This document shows positions 43,331 through 62,073 of a DNA stretch of 64,000 bases, one piece after another. The position numbers and the translations under genes are program-made. The stretch lies in NCBI RefSeq assembly GCF_009914755.1, contig NC_060926.1; one strand, 5' to 3'. The notes beneath the pieces were generated by a model. That model worked only from the letters and a program-made list of their open reading frames with translations, searched no databases and was not told the DNA's origin. Each line of letters opens with the position of its first letter. Positions within the stretch are counted from its first letter, which is position 1. The DNA comes from the human T2T-CHM13v2.0 reference genome, Homo sapiens.

Positions 43331-46300
43331 ATGATCTGACGCCTGGACCCACAGTCATCTATCAACACAACCTGAAAAAACACCAAAGGAAGCAAAGGAA
43401 GTAAGACTAGAGCTGCATTCCACCGAGCTGACACTGAGCAGAATCAACACGGGAGTGAAGGAGAGCAGTAAAATCAGAGTGGATTTTTCACAGGACAGGA
43501 AGACTGTTTGGCATTCGTAAGCTGAAGAGAAGGTTTAAGTGAAGAAGGCAGAATATTGAAGAAGAGACAAAGCAGATAACTGATATATAGCAAAATCTCA
43601 GGACAACTGGTCCCAAGTGCCTCATCATCATGACTGCTGAGAGATTCTGACCATCTGAAAATTAGCCCACTGTGTAGTACTGCCATGGTCTCTTTTATTT
43701 GTGGTTTCTGGTTCCATTTCCCATTTTCTGGTAGCTTTTGCTTTCACTGGAGATGCTGAGACCCACCAATCCCCAATGGTGTTTCTGCAGTGAGAGAAGC
43801 TTCTAACAAAGAGGCTCACAGCAAAATGTCACTGACACAGGCTGTCGTCTAAATGTGCTGTTTTTGTGTAACCTTATCCATGGAGGACCCTTTTGTCTAG
43901 TTATAGCAAACCGTCTGCTAAATCAGAAATAAAGATCTAGAAAATGCCACAGAAACAAGCAACAACACAAAAGATGACATACCACTCTTTCCGAGGCCCA
44001 GCGTATTAGATACTTTTCAAACCACCGTTGACAATGAAATTAAAATATTTTTTCTGAATATGCCCCATGTCTCCCAGGAAAGGAAGATTCTAATGTTTCT
44101 TCTTTGGCTCATTCCTTTATTGTCAGGTCAGTAATAGCATTAAATTCAGCAAGCCGCTTCTTTCAGATATTAAATTATCTTCTTACTCACTTCTTTCCTG
44201 GACACAATGAGCACTTACAATTCAATTTTCCTTAAAAATAAACCCCAGTTTCCCCAGAGTATAGTTTATCTAAGACTTTGGTTCTCTTTACTGCCATTTC
44301 TATTTCCTGGTAACAAAGTCCTAATTTTTAAAGTACCAGTTCTGCAATCAGTACTTGGGAAAAGGTTAAAACTCAAGTCAATAATATGGGATATGAAATA
44401 CAAAATCAGAAGATAAAATTATAAAAGGCAGAAAAGGAAGGGATGAGCCATGCTGTGCGACATCTGTGTTAAAGATGGCAGAGCACAAGGACCAGGGTCC
44501 CTCCTCACTTCATTAATTCCTAACAAACTGATGAAAAATACAGCCTTCTCCCCTCACGCCCAACCCCAGAAAAAAGAAAAATGAAGTAGATAAAACTTTA
44601 CCCATCAATCCCAAAAAAGAAAAGAAATAGCTTTTGCAGGGTGCCTAGCCTGCAGAAGATGACAATATACTGAAAATTCTCACTAATACACTCCAATTTC
44701 ATGAAAAGCAAGATGAGGAAATGGATAATAGCCTAGAAAACTCAAGCAAAATGGCATTGGTACAGATGAGTTTTAACCATCACTGCAGTATCTCTAGATC
44801 TCAGCAGAGGCCATCAAAACTGTTAACAGTTCTTTGGGCAGTTCTCTATGAACCGGGGAAATGCTTCAAGCCTGAGACTAGCCTCCAACCCACGGGAAAA
44901 GACACGCCCCAGGGGGACAAACCCTGGTTTAAGACCTTTAACCAAATCTCAGAAGAGAAAGCACAGCCCAGGTCTCTCAAAACAGACTACACCCACGCTC
45001 AGCCAAGCTCCATCCCCATAGCCCTTTACCTACCATGCACCTTCAGATCATAGAAAACTTACACATAATACTCAATGTCCTCAAACTGCAGCTCAGAGAG
45101 GAAGGCAAACAGGTCTCATTTAAGACAGAAAAGATAACATGAAGAAATCTGCTTTACTTTGTTAAAACAAAGAATAGTTGTAGATAAAGCTGTCCATGTT
45201 TAGCTGTCCATGTTTATGACAAAGAGCAAGCATGTGTGTAAACATACTACAAACAGCAAAAAGAAAGTTTCAAAGCATTCTTGAGAACATGGATGAAGAT
45301 GCAGTTGGAAATAATACATAGCTACAAAAACAAAAGGAAATTGCCCATGAATACAAAATTTCAGTAGTAATCAAAATTGAGATAAGGGTAGTCAAATAAA
45401 CAATGGCACACAAAATAAAATGCAGAAACAGGCCCACACATATATGGTCAATTGATTTTCAACAAAGATGCCAAGGTATTTCAAGAGCCAAAAGAAAATC
45501 TTTTTAAAAAGTGGTGGTGGAATAACTGAATAGTCGACTGTAAGAAAAAATGGACTCTGATTCCCACCTCACACCATATACAAATACTAACTAGAAATTG
45601 ATTGTGAGCATGAACATAAAAGCTAAAACTATAAAACTTCTAGAAGGAAACATAAGAAAATATCTTTGCGAACTGAGCATAGAAAAAGATTTCTTAAAAT
45701 AGCATAGAAAGCAATACCATTCAGAGAAATTAACCTTTTAACTTCTGCTCAGAAAGACATGGTTAAGGAAATAAAAAGTCAAGCAACAGATGGAAGGAGA
45801 AAATATGTGCAATACATATATCTGGCAGAGGAGCCACTAAAAATTTATATACAAAGACATAGTCAAAAGCACAATAATTAAATTAAAATGGAACGCTAAA
45901 ACACGTTCAAATAATTCAAAAAGATCAGGAAAAGACAAAGAAACAAAAAATAGATAATTAAATGGTATATCTAAAGAAAAGCACATCAATAATTATATTA
46001 AATATGAATGCTCTAAATGCACCAATTAAAAAACAGAGGCTATAAGGATTGCATTTTTCAAACAAGCCAATTATGTGCTATCTACAGACTACTCACCTCA
46101 AATATAATTATATAAATAGGTTAAAAGCCAAATGTAAAAAGATATACCATGTCAACAAGAATCAAAAACAAGCTAGAGCAGATATATTAATATCAGACAA
46201 AGTAGATTTCAGAGCAAAAACAACTATCAAGGATACAGAGAGACATTACATAACGGTGAAGGGTCGATTCATCAAGAAAACACAACATACTAAATGTATA

Positions 46301-46381
46301 TTTACCTAACAGCAGAGCTTCAAAACACATGAAAAAAGAACTGAAAAAGGAAAAAGATTGGTTATTAAGACCAATCCACGA

Positions 46382-46682
46382 TTTTTTTTTTTTCTGAAAT
46401 GGAGTCTTGCTCTGTCGCCCAGGCTGGAGTGCAGTGGTGTGATCTCAGTTCACTGTAACCAACCTCCACCTCCCGGGTTCAAGCAATTCTCCTGCCTCAG
46501 CCTCCTGAGAAGCTGGGATTACAGGCATGCACCATCATGCCCAGCAAATTTTTGTATTTTTTAGTAAAGATGGGATTTCATCATGTCGGCCAGGTTGGTC
46601 TCGAACTCCTAACCTCAGGTGATCCACCCGCCTTGACCTCCCACAGTCCTGGCATTACAGGCACGAGCCACCGCGAACGGCC
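46382..46682 (-). mobile_element. AluS
   Basis: Near-TSD ACCAATCCA..ATT. Confidence 0.92.
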
Positions 46683-49530
46683 ACCAATCCATAATTACAG
46701 TTGGAGACTTCAATACTACTTTCTTAGTAACAGATAGAACTAGTAAGAAAATCAGCGAAGATGTAGAAGAATGGAACAACACCAGTATCCAACTGGAACT
46801 AATTGAAATTTACACAATACCATACACCATAACAGTAGAATACACATGTGTTTCAAGTGCACATGGAACATTCACTAGGATAAACCATAGCCTGGTTTAC
46901 AAAACATGAAGTATATCCTCTGACTATAATGGGATTAAATTAGCAATCAACAATGGAAAGATGACAAGAAAATCTTTAAACATTTAGAAACCAAACAACA
47001 CAATTATAAATAATCCCAGACTCAAAGAGGATACTTCAAAAAAGAATTTGAAAATATTACAAATGCAACAAAAATGAAAATAGAGCATATTAAAATTTGT
47101 GGGATACAGACAAAGCAGTGCTTCAAAGGACGTTAGATCATTAAATGCTTATCTTTTTAAAGAAGGTAGGTATCAAAGCAATAATCTTAGTTTCTACCCT
47201 ACAAAAAAAGAGATGAACAAAGAATAAGCATGGCAAGCAGAAGCAGAGAAATAATAAAGAGATCAGAAACCAATGAAATTGAAAACATTACAAAGGCAAA
47301 ATAAATGAAACAAAAAGCTGATTATTTGAAAAAGAAATACGTAAACCTCTAGCAATGCTGACACAAAAAGAGAGAAGACACAAATTACCAATATCAGAAC
47401 TGAAAGAGGAGACATCACTAGACCCCACAGACATTAAAAGAATAATAAGTAATATAACAACAACTTTATGTACCTGAATCTTTCAATTTAGATGAAATTG
47501 ATCAATTCCTCCCTAAACTACCAAACTTTACTCAAAATGAAAGAGATAAATGGAATAGTACTCTAACTGTTATAGAAATATAATCCATAATTTACAATCC
47601 TTCTCTGAAGAGCAAATCTCCAGGCCCAGGTAGTTTCACTAGCAAATCCTACCAAGCATTTAAAGAAGAAATAACTCCAATTCCACACCAAGTCTTCTGG
47701 AAAATATAAGAAGAGGTAATAATTCTTACATTATTTTATGAGGTGAACATTATCCTGATACCAAAACCAAAGAAAGTATAAAAAGAGAAAACTACAGATC
47801 AATATTCTTCATGAATATGATGCAAAAATCCTCAACAAAATACTAATAAAAAGAATTCAGCAAAATATATTGATCACATCAATTGACAATTGTCAAAATT
47901 CAGTATTCATTCATGTTAAAAAAAAAACAACTCTTAGGAAACTACAAATAGAAGACTTCTGGGAGCTGATAAGAATGTTCACTCTCACCATTCCTATTCA
48001 ACATGACACTAAAAGCCAGTACAGTAATGTAAGAAGAAATAAAAGGCATACAGATAGGAAAGGAAGAAATAAAACTGTCCTTATTTGCAGATGATATGAT
48101 TTTCTAAACAGAAAATCTCAAGGAATCTTCAAAAAAGTAAAAAAGGAAACTCCTAGGACTAATAAGTAAAACTATCAAGTATGCAGGGTATAAGATAAAC
48201 ACACTAAAACCAGCCATATTTTTATACATTGACAATGTATAATTGGCAATAAGTTTTATAAAGCATTTACAATAGTTCCAAAACATTAAATGCAGGTAAA
48301 TCTAATAAAATGTGTGCAGTAACAGTATGCTGAAAACTTCAAAACACTGATGAAAGAAGTTAAAGAAGTTCTAAATAAATGGAGAGACATACTGCATTCA
48401 AGAATTGAAAGACTAAACACAGTAAAGATGTACATGTCTGTAAACTTATCTATAGATTTAAGAAAAGGCCATTGAATTCCAGAGAGATTTTTTTTCTAGA
48501 TATAGAGGAGTTGATTCTAAAATTCTTAGGGAAAGCCAACGGAACTAGAACAACTAAAACGATGTTTTTGAAAAAGAAAAATATTAAAGGAATACACTAC
48601 CCAATTTGAAGACTTACTAGAAAGCTACGGTAATTAAGACCATGGGGTATTAGCAAAAGAAAAACAAGTAGCTCAGAACAGAGTCCAAAAACACCCGCAG
48701 AAATATGGCCATATGATTCCTTTCACAGATACTAATGCGATTCAATTTAAAAAGGTGGCCCCTTCAACAAATGATGTTAGAACAACCAAACATTCATATG
48801 CAAAAAATAAGTTGCAATCTATACACATCATAATTAGTTGCAACCTATACCTCATACATCAAAAATTAATTCAAAATAGATAATAAATCTAAGTGTAAAA
48901 CATAAAACTATCAAAATTTTAGAAAAAACATAGGAGAAATCCGTTGGGATCTGAAGTTAGGCAAAGAGTTTTTAGACACGACACCAAAAGCATGCTCCAT
49001 AAAAGAAAAAATTGATCAACTGACTTCACCAAAATGAAAAATATTTTTCTGCAAAAGATGCTATAAAGAGAATGAAAAAAACAAGCTACCACTGGGAGAT
49101 AATATTTTCAAATCACATATCCACCAAAGGTCATGGATTCAGACTATATTAAAAACTGTCAAAACTCAACTGTAAGTAAACAACACAATTTTGAAAAACG
49201 GTTGAAAGCCTTGAAAAGCCACATTACTAAAAAAGATATACAAATGGCAAACAAGCACATGAAAAGGTATTTGACATCATTACCCATTAGGGAAATGCAA
49301 ACTAAAACCATGAGATACTACTGCATACCTGTTAGAATAGCATAAGTTAAAAATGCTGCTTATACCAAATGCTTACAAGAATATAGAGGAACCAGAACTC
49401 TTATACATCGCTGGTAGGAATACAAAATGGTATAACCAGTCTTGAAAAACAGTTTGACAATTTCTTATAAATTTAAACATACACTTGCCATATGACCCAG
49501 CAATCCTACACCTAAGTATTTACCCTTGAA

Positions 49531-49727
49531 CAGGGTTCAACCTATGTCCTCAGGCCAAATCCAGCAGCAGCTCTACTGTGCCCAGGTCCTTTTCATTGAT
49601 GTATTGTTTATGGCTGCATTTGTGCTATAAGAGTGGAGTGGAATAGCTGCAACAGAGACCACATGGTCAGCAAGGCCAAAGATACTTACTATCTGGCCCT
49701 TTACAGAAAAAGTTTGCCAACATCTGG
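49531..49727. mobile_element. MER58-like element inside L1M
   Basis: CAGGG...CAGGCCAAATCCAGC...ACTATCTGGCCCTTTACAGAAAAAGTTTGCC. Confidence 0.8.
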
Positions 49728-50305
49728 TCCAAAAAAGAGAAAACTTATGTTAACACAAGAACCTGTATGCAAGTATTTATGGCATCTCTAGTCATAACTG
49801 CCAAAAACTGGAACCAACTGAAACGTCCCTCAATAAAAGAACAAATAAACAAACTGTGGTATATCCATATAATGGAATGCTATGCAAAAATAAACAGGAA
49901 CAAACTATTGATATACACAATTTGGATGAATCTCAAAGGCATTAAGCTGAGTTAAAGAAGACAATCTCAAAAGGTTATATACTATACAATTTCATTATAT
50001 GACATCCCCAAAAAGACAAAACTATAGTGGCAAGAACAGATCAGTGGTTGCCAGGCTTTAGGTGTTGGGGGTATATATAAAGTGACTTTTGGGGGATAAT
50101 GAAATTGTGCTGTATTCTGATTATGGTGGTAGTTAACATGATCTTACAATTGTTAAAAGTCATGGTACTGTATACACTAAAAAACAAAGTTGATTTTACT
50201 CTATGCTAAGTTAGAAAGTAAAATTTTTTTAAAGATAAACTTTACTCTTAATATTATGATTTCCTTGTAGAAGACATTTATTCACTTACAGTATCTGAGG
50301 ATTAA

Positions 50306-50650
<345 letters not shown>

Positions 50651-50653
50651 TAG

Positions 50654-51010
<357 letters not shown>

Positions 51011-51299
51011 TAAACTAAATACAAATCCTGGGACAACAAGGGGGTCAGGGATGTGAACCCACTGTGGTTGGATTCATGATGAAGGCATACAAGAAACAAT
51101 TCCAGGAGACCACAGGATAAGTCATATTCATAAACTATTCATCCTCACACTCTGAATCCACCTGGAGTTGTGTAATTGATAAGAGGCAAGTCAGCCAAAG
51201 TTCATTCCCAATATGGGTCCCTTCTTCCAGTTTCTCAGAATACACTGTCAACACTGACAAAGGGCACCATATGCCAAGGTCCTAGCTTGAGAAGTAACA

Positions 51300-51450
51300 A
51301 GAAGACAGGCTCGGGAAATCCAGACCTGCCAATCATCAGCTGTGTGCCTTAGCCAAGTCATTCAATCTCTGCATGCCTCAGTTTCCTCATTTATAAAAGG
51401 AAGAGTCCCAATATCCTCTACATTGCTTCCAGCTCAAATTAAGTTTATAT
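51300..51450 (+). mobile_element. MIR
   Basis: AGCTGTGTGCCTTAGCCAAGTCATTCAATCTCT...CCTCAGTTTCCTCATTTATAAAA. Confidence 0.75.
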
Positions 51451-51932
51451 GATTATTATCTTCCAGTTCATTAGTCAAAATGTCTAGGAACTACATTTAG
51501 TAAACATTAAAAAGAAAACTGACACAGAGGGAACATTTATGGCAAAAAGGAAAGCAATCACAAAAGAAATAGTCTCAGCCTTTTTATAAAATTTAAAGAG
51601 GAAGACTCTTAGTTTCCCCCAGCATCCCTCACCTCTCAAAAGCGCCTGGAAGCAAATGGCCTTGGAATGTGCTACCAACCTCCGAAATCACTGACAGAGG
51701 ATCTTCTTCAACAATTCCTGAGCACTCATGGACAGTGGGGTTTGCATCTGGACCCTCAATCTGTCGCACTGTACATTAAGTAATAAGGCTCAATATAAAT
51801 TGTGGAGGTTATAGACTAGGTCAAAACTGATAGAGGGATTTACATTCCCTACACACCACAGATACTAAGAAAACAGCTGACAGATCAAAACCACATCACC
51901 CACCACCAGTTTTGAGCATTTGGAAAACCTAC

Positions 51933-52803
51933 CGAAGCAGGAAACTTTCCCTGACTCCTTCACAGGTGGAAACTGGAGTGCACGGGTGCTAGAGCTAGCT
52001 GGCTGCTTCATTGCCAGCAGGGGCGGACTCCACTCATTCAGTCCCACTGTGTTCCACCCCTCACAGAGCGGGGAGCACAGGTGAGTAGGTGCAGGAGCCA
52101 GGGCAAGCGCTTTTGGATGCTGGCAGGAGCAAAACTCTGTGTGGCCCCGTGGCAGCATCTAGGAGGGTGCCCACGACCCCTGAAGCCCCAGAAAGTGTGT
52201 TACAGTCAGTGCTCTTTCAGTGCTGTCCACAGATGGCTTAAGTGTTAACAGCTCAGTGGAGGGTCAGCGTGACAGCCTTTTGCACCTGCAACTGAATTCT
52301 TGTCCAGCGTCCAGGAGGAATGAGGTCACACAAACAAATCAGAGATGGTAAATGTGGGGGATTTTATTGGCGATGAAAGTGGCTCTCAGCAGGAAGGAGA
52401 GCTGAAAAAGGGATGGAGCAGGAAGATAATCTTCCCCCAGAGTCTGGCCATCCCCAGTTGGACTCCTCTCTGAAGCAATACCATCAAGCTATCCCTCTGA
52501 AGTCAAGCTGCTTCTCTTCAATGTCCAACCATAGTCTCTGGCATCTCACTGCTTCTCCTCTTCTCTTCTCTTCTCTTCTCTTCTCTTCTCTTCTCTTCTC
52601 TGCTGTGTGGAACCTGGGGTTTCTATGGGCACAGGATGGGGCTGTGGGGCAGGCCATGGGTGGTTTTGGAAAAGGGAACATTCGAGCGGGAAAACAGGAA
52701 TGCATGCTCTCACAGTGGGCCACAGTTCCAGGCTTGAGGGTGGGGTGGTTGCTGGGGACCCACCCTCTTCTGCCCAGAATTTCCCTACCTCCTGTCCCTA
52801 TCA
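51933..52803 (-). mobile_element. ERV1 solo LTR, MER50-like (MER50/LTR27/LTR28 group)
   Basis: Minus-strand start TGATAGGGACAGGAGGTAGGGAAATTCTGGGCAGAAGAGGG; 4-bp TSD CTAC (51929-32 and 52804-07); internal (TCTTC)n at 52552-52600. Confidence 0.8.
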
Positions 52804-53299
52804 CTACCTGATGAGTAGGAAAGATACATATTAAGGATATGGAAAAAGAACCATCATCCAGCTGGCAACAACGAAAGATTGTTGTATTTACTTTTCTATT
52901 TGAATTGTATACACAAAGATGTGAAAGGAAGCGATAACTCCACACAGACTGATAACTCATCAATCTGTGTAAGTGTTGTTGCTTCTAATTATAATAGGCT
53001 TTCTGAAATGGGTAGTATGATTCATGGTGCTAAGAACTTGCTTCCTGCCAACAGTATTAAACTGTAATATTTCTTATATCCATTTAGCCCTTGCTAATAT
53101 GGGATGTAAATGATTCGCTTCAACCAGAAGTAAATACTTCCCCAGGGTATTACCACAGCTGATGGCTCACGGCTAAAAACTTCCCTGGTGCTGAAGAATC
53201 ATTTTGACTACTAAGAAATCGTTATATATCCATGTATTTGTAGTGGGGGAAAATAAAATTGAAGAAAGAACTGAATGTCAGAACACTGGAGACATAATT

Positions 53300-54530
53300 C
53301 TCAGACCTGCGACATATCAAAAAGTTTAACACATTTGAGTCCATCAAAGTAAATAAGTGTGTGCGACAAAATAATAGGCAAAGAGGCTGAAGAAAATATT
53401 CACATGAAATACAACAAAGTATACGTATAATATATAAAATTATCAAACTCACTAAAAAATCAAGGCATCAAGAGATAAATGAGCAAAACAGACTCACACA
53501 GTTTACACAAAACAAAAACAAACACTTGAAATGTTCAATGTCAACTAATGATCAAACACAACTTGAGGAATCATCATGCTCCCCTCCATCCCTCCCATGT
53601 CCTAGTGCCTATGACTGATATCAGTGACCAATACACCCTCAAAGCGCTAATGCATTGGAAATGTTTATAATCCCTTTTGCAAACAATAGTGCAATGTAGC
53701 CCATTGAAGCACTCTCTATAGTAGAGAAAAAGAGACATTTAAGAGCATAACAATCTGGTAATGTTTAGGTGCATTCTTGGTTGAAAGATATCAATCTTAA
53801 ATAATAAGACAGAGACATAGATAAATGCTTACACTGATTTTAAACTTGTAAGTACAGTGAAATTACATTAAAATATGGATGCATATTTTAATAACCGAAA
53901 CTTTGAAACCATTTAAGTGTCAATCAGTGTTGGAATCGGTAAAATAACATAAGGTATCTCTATAGAACATTATGCAGCCTATATAGGCTGAGCATGGTGA
54001 CTCATGCCTGTATTCCAGAATTTTGGGAGGCTGAAGCGGGTGTACTGCTTGATCTCAGGAATTTGAGACCAACCTGGGCAATGTAGTGAACACTTGCCTC
54101 TACAAAAAATTAGCCAGGCATGGTAGCACAGGCCTGTAGTCCCAGCTACTTGGGTGGCTGAAGTGGGGGTTCTCTTGAGGCCAAGAGACTGAGGTTGCAG
54201 TGAGCCATGATCACACCACTGCACTCCAGCCTGGGCAACAGAGTGAGACCCTGTCTTAAAAAAAAAAAAAAAAAAAAAGAATGATGTAGGTCTGCATATT
54301 ATGGCATGCAAAAATGTCCATGATATACAATTGAGTGAAAAAATGGAAGGTATAGGGCAATACGCACAGTACAACCACATTTTTGTGTTTAAAAAAACTG
54401 TACTATATTATATATGCTTTAGTATGTATATGTATGTGTATAAAAACATCTGGAAGTACATATTTCAACTCATTAACACATAAAAAGGAGCTCGGAACCT
54501 TTAATTTTTAACTTCTTACCCTTCTCTATC
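53300..54530 (+). mobile_element. Old L1ME-like 3' fragment containing an AluJ (53986-54278)
   Basis: Degenerate L1 3' motifs; J-type Alu dimer. Confidence 0.6.
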
Positions 54531-55013
54531 ATATATATTTTTAACATAAATAACTTTTTACTTAAAAAAATCAATTGTATCTTCAATTAAATAAGCAAAA
54601 AATTTAAATAATAAGGTTGAAGCAGCAAGATTATAGGTGATGATATAAATCAAACTTGAAAGATTTATTTTTAAATAAACATTTGTATAGAATCATATCA
54701 TCAATGAAGACAGAGAATCTGACTTCTTCTTCTCCTATTTGGATGCCTTCTATTTCTTTTTTTTGTTTGTTTGTTTGTTTGTTTGTTTTGTTTTTTGTTT
54801 TTTTATTATACTTTAAGTTTTAGGGTACATGTGCACATTGTGCAGGTTAGTTACATATGTATGTATACATGTGCCATGCTGGTGCGCTGCACCCACTAAC
54901 TCGTCATCTAGCATTAGGTATATCTCCCAATGCTATCCCTCACCCCTCCCCCCACCCCACCACAGTCCCCAGAGTGTGATATTCCCCTTCCTGTGTCCAT
55001 GTGATCTCATTGT

Positions 55014-58868
<3,855 letters not shown>

Positions 58869-58904
58869 TTAGTTGATGCAGTTTCTTCCTAGTCTCGATG
58901 GTCT

Positions 58905-59921
58905 TTACATTTTTGCATGATTTTGCAGCGGCTGGTACCGGTTGTTCCTTTCCATGTTTAGCGCTTCCTTCAGGAGCTCTTTTAGGGCAGGCCTAGTGGT
59001 GACAAAATCTCTCAGCATTTGCTTGTCTGTGAAGTATTTTATTTCTCCTTCACTTATGAAGCTTAGTTTGGCTGGATATGAAATTCTGGGTTGAAAATTC
59101 TTTTCTTTAAGAATGTTGAATATTGGCCCCCACTCTCTTCTGGCTTGTAGGGTTTCTGCCGAGAGATCCGCTGTTAGTCTGATGGGCTTCCCTTTGAGGG
59201 TAACCCGACCTTTCTCTCTGGCTGCCCTTAACATTTTTTCCTTCATTTCAACTTTGGTGAATCTGACAATTATGTGTCTTGGAGTTGCTCTTCTCGAGGA
59301 GTATCTTTGTGGCGTTCTCTGTATTTCCTGAATCTGAACGTTGGCCTGCCTTGCTAGATTGGTGAAGTTCTCCTGGATAATATCCTGCAGAGTGTTTTCC
59401 AACTTGGTTCCATTCTCACCATCACTTTCAGGTACACCAATCAGACGTAGATTTGGTCTTTTCACATAGTCCCATATTTCTTGGAGGCTTTGCTCATTTC
59501 TGTTTATTCTTTTTTCTCTAACCTTCCCTTCTCACTTCATTTCATTCATTTCATCTTCCATTGCTGATACCCTTTCTTCCAGTTGATCGCATCAGCTCCT
59601 GAGGCTTCTGCATTCTTCACGTAGTTCTCGAGCCTTGGTTTTCAGCTCCATCAGCTCCTTTAAGCACTTCTCTGTATTGGTTATTCTAGTTATACATTCT
59701 TCTAAATTTTTTTCAAAGTTTTCAACTTCTTTGCCTTTGGTTTGAATGTCCTCCCGTAGCTCAGAGTAATTTGATCGTCTGAAGCCTTCTTCTCTCAGCT
59801 TGTCAAAGTCATTCTCCATCCAGCTTTGTTCCGTTGCTGGTGAGGAACTGCATTCCTTTGGAGGAGGAGAGGCGCTCTGCATTTTAGAGTTTCCAGTTTT
59901 TCTGTTCTGTTTTTTCCCCAT
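58905..59921 (-). pseudogene. L1 ORF1p, 338 codons with one premature TGA at 59592-59594
   Basis: MGKKQNRK... and ...NHAKM pieces in frame; total 1017 nt; REKG and YPAKLS motifs present. Confidence 0.95.
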
Positions 59922-60376
59922 CTTTGTGGTTTTATCTACTTTTGGTCTTTGATGATGGTGATGTACAGATGGGTTTTCGGTGCGGATGTCCTTTCTGTTT
60001 GTTAGTTTTCCTTCTAACAGACAGGACCCTCAGCTGCAGGTCTGTTGGAATACCCTGCCGTGTGAGGTGTCAGTCTGCCCCTGCTGGGGGGTGCCTCCCA
60101 GTTAGGCTGCTCGGGGGTCAGGGGTCAGGGACCCACTTGAGGAGGCAGTCTGCCCGTTCTCAGATCTCCAGCTGTGTGCTGGGAGAACCACTGCTCTCTT
60201 CAAAGCTGTCAGACAGGGACACTTAAGTCTGCAGAGGTTACTGCTGTCTTTTCCTTTGTCTGTGCCCTGCCCCCAGAGGTGGAGCCTACAGAGGCAGGCA
60301 GGCCTCCTTGAGCTGTGGTGGGCTCCACCCAGTTCGAGCTTCCTGGCTGCTTTGTTTACCTAAGCAAGCCTGGGCA

Positions 60377-60592
60377 ATGACGGGCGCCCCTCCCCCAGCC
60401 TCGCTGCCGCCTTGCAGTTTGATCTCAGACTGCTGTACTAGAAATCAGCGAGACTCCGTGGGCGTAGGACCCTCCGAGCCAGGTGTGGGATATAATCTCA
60501 TGGTTCGCCGCTTTTTAAGCCGGTCTGAAAAGCGCAATATTCGGGTGGGAGTGACCCGATTTTCCAGGTGCGTCCGTCACCCCTTTCTTTGA
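60377..60592 (+). CDS. L1 ORF0, intact 71 aa, in the antisense promoter region
   Basis: MTGAPPPASLPPCSLISDCC...RFSRCVRHPFL; expression not shown. Confidence 0.7.
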   Translation: MTGAPPPASLPPCSLISDCCTRNQRDSVGVGPSEPGVGYNLMVRRFLSRSEKRNIRVGVTRFSRCVRHPFL

Positions 60593-60806
60593 CTCGGAAA
60601 GGGAACTCCCTGACCCCTCGCGCTTCCCAGGTGAGGCAATGCCTTGCCCTGCTTCGGCTCGCGCACGGTGCACGCACCCACTGGCCTGCGCCCACTGTCT
60701 GGCACTCCCTAGTGAGAGAAACCCGGTACCTCAGATGGAAATGCAGAAATCACCCGTCTTCTGCGTCGCTCACGCTGGGAGCTGTAGACCGGAGCTGTTC
60801 CTATTC

Positions 60807-60816
60807 GGCCATCTTG
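60807..60816 (-). promoter_or_regulatory. YY1 site of the L1 sense promoter
   Basis: CAAGATGGCC at about +13 to +22 of the element. Confidence 0.8.
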
Positions 60817-61773
60817 GCTCCTCCCCCCGCCTTCTATTTCTTTCTCTTGACTGACTGCTCTGGCAAGGTCATCGAATGCTATGTTGAATAGGAGTGGTGA
60901 GACTAGACATCCTTGTCTTGTTCCAGTTCTCAAGGGGAATGGTTGTAGCCTTTGCCCACTCAGTATGACTTTGGCTGTGGGTATGTCATAGATGGCTCTT
61001 ATTATTTTGAGATATATCCCTTCAGTGCCTTGTTTGTTGAGGGTTTTTATCATGAAGGGATGTTGAATTTTATAAAACGCTTTTACTTTGTCTACTGAGA
61101 TGATCGTATGGTTTTTGTTTTTAATTCTGCTTATGTGGTAAATCATATTTATTGATTTGCATGTTTTGAACCAGCCCTGTATCCCAGGAATGAAGCCTAC
61201 TTGATCATGGTGAATTAACTTCTTGATGTGCTGCTGGATTCAATTTCCTAGTATTTTGTTGAGGATTTTTGCATCTATGTTAATAAGGGATATTGGCCTG
61301 TAAGAACTTTTTTTGTTGTGTCTTTGCCAGATTTTATATCAGTGATGCTGGTTTCACAGAATGAGTTAGGGAGAAGTCCTTCCTCCTCAATTTTTCGGAA
61401 TACTTTTAGTTAGTAGGATTGGTACAAGCTCTTCTTTGTACATCTGGTAGAATTCAGCTGTGAATCCATCTGGTCCAGAGCTCTTTTTGGTTGGTAGGTT
61501 TTTTATTACTGATTCAATTTCAGAACTCAATATTGGTCTGTTCAGGATTTCAATTTTTTCCTGACTCAGTCTTGGCAAGTTGTGTATATACCATGAAGTA
61601 CCACACAGCCATAGAAAAGAAGAAAATCACCTCCTTTACAGCAACATGCATAAAGCTAGAGACCATTATTCTAAATAAAGTAACCCAGGAACAGAAAACC
61701 AAACACCACATGTTCTCACTTATAAGTGGGAGCTAAACATTGAGTACTTATGAACATAAAGATGGGAACAACA

Positions 61774-62073
<300 letters not shown>

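Larger units (their letters stand above)
45100..50230 (+). mobile_element. Ancient L1M ORF2 and 3' UTR, fragmented
   Basis: ORF remnants ILISDKVDFRAK (46049) and DIQMANKHMKR (49133); L1M 3' UTR. Confidence 0.85.

Noticed and set aside
42088-45216. 14-bp local duplications (TATTTGGAAGTTTG at ~42088; AGCTGTCCATGTTT at ~45188)
   Set aside because: Ordinary slippage duplications inside or next to old repeats.
52413-52963. 132-aa and 159-aa ORFs
   Set aside because: Lie largely within a solo LTR and its (TCTTC)n repeat.
60709-61146. 145-aa RT-like ORF
   Set aside because: Chimera of old L1 ORF2 reading across the TSD into the young L1 5' UTR.
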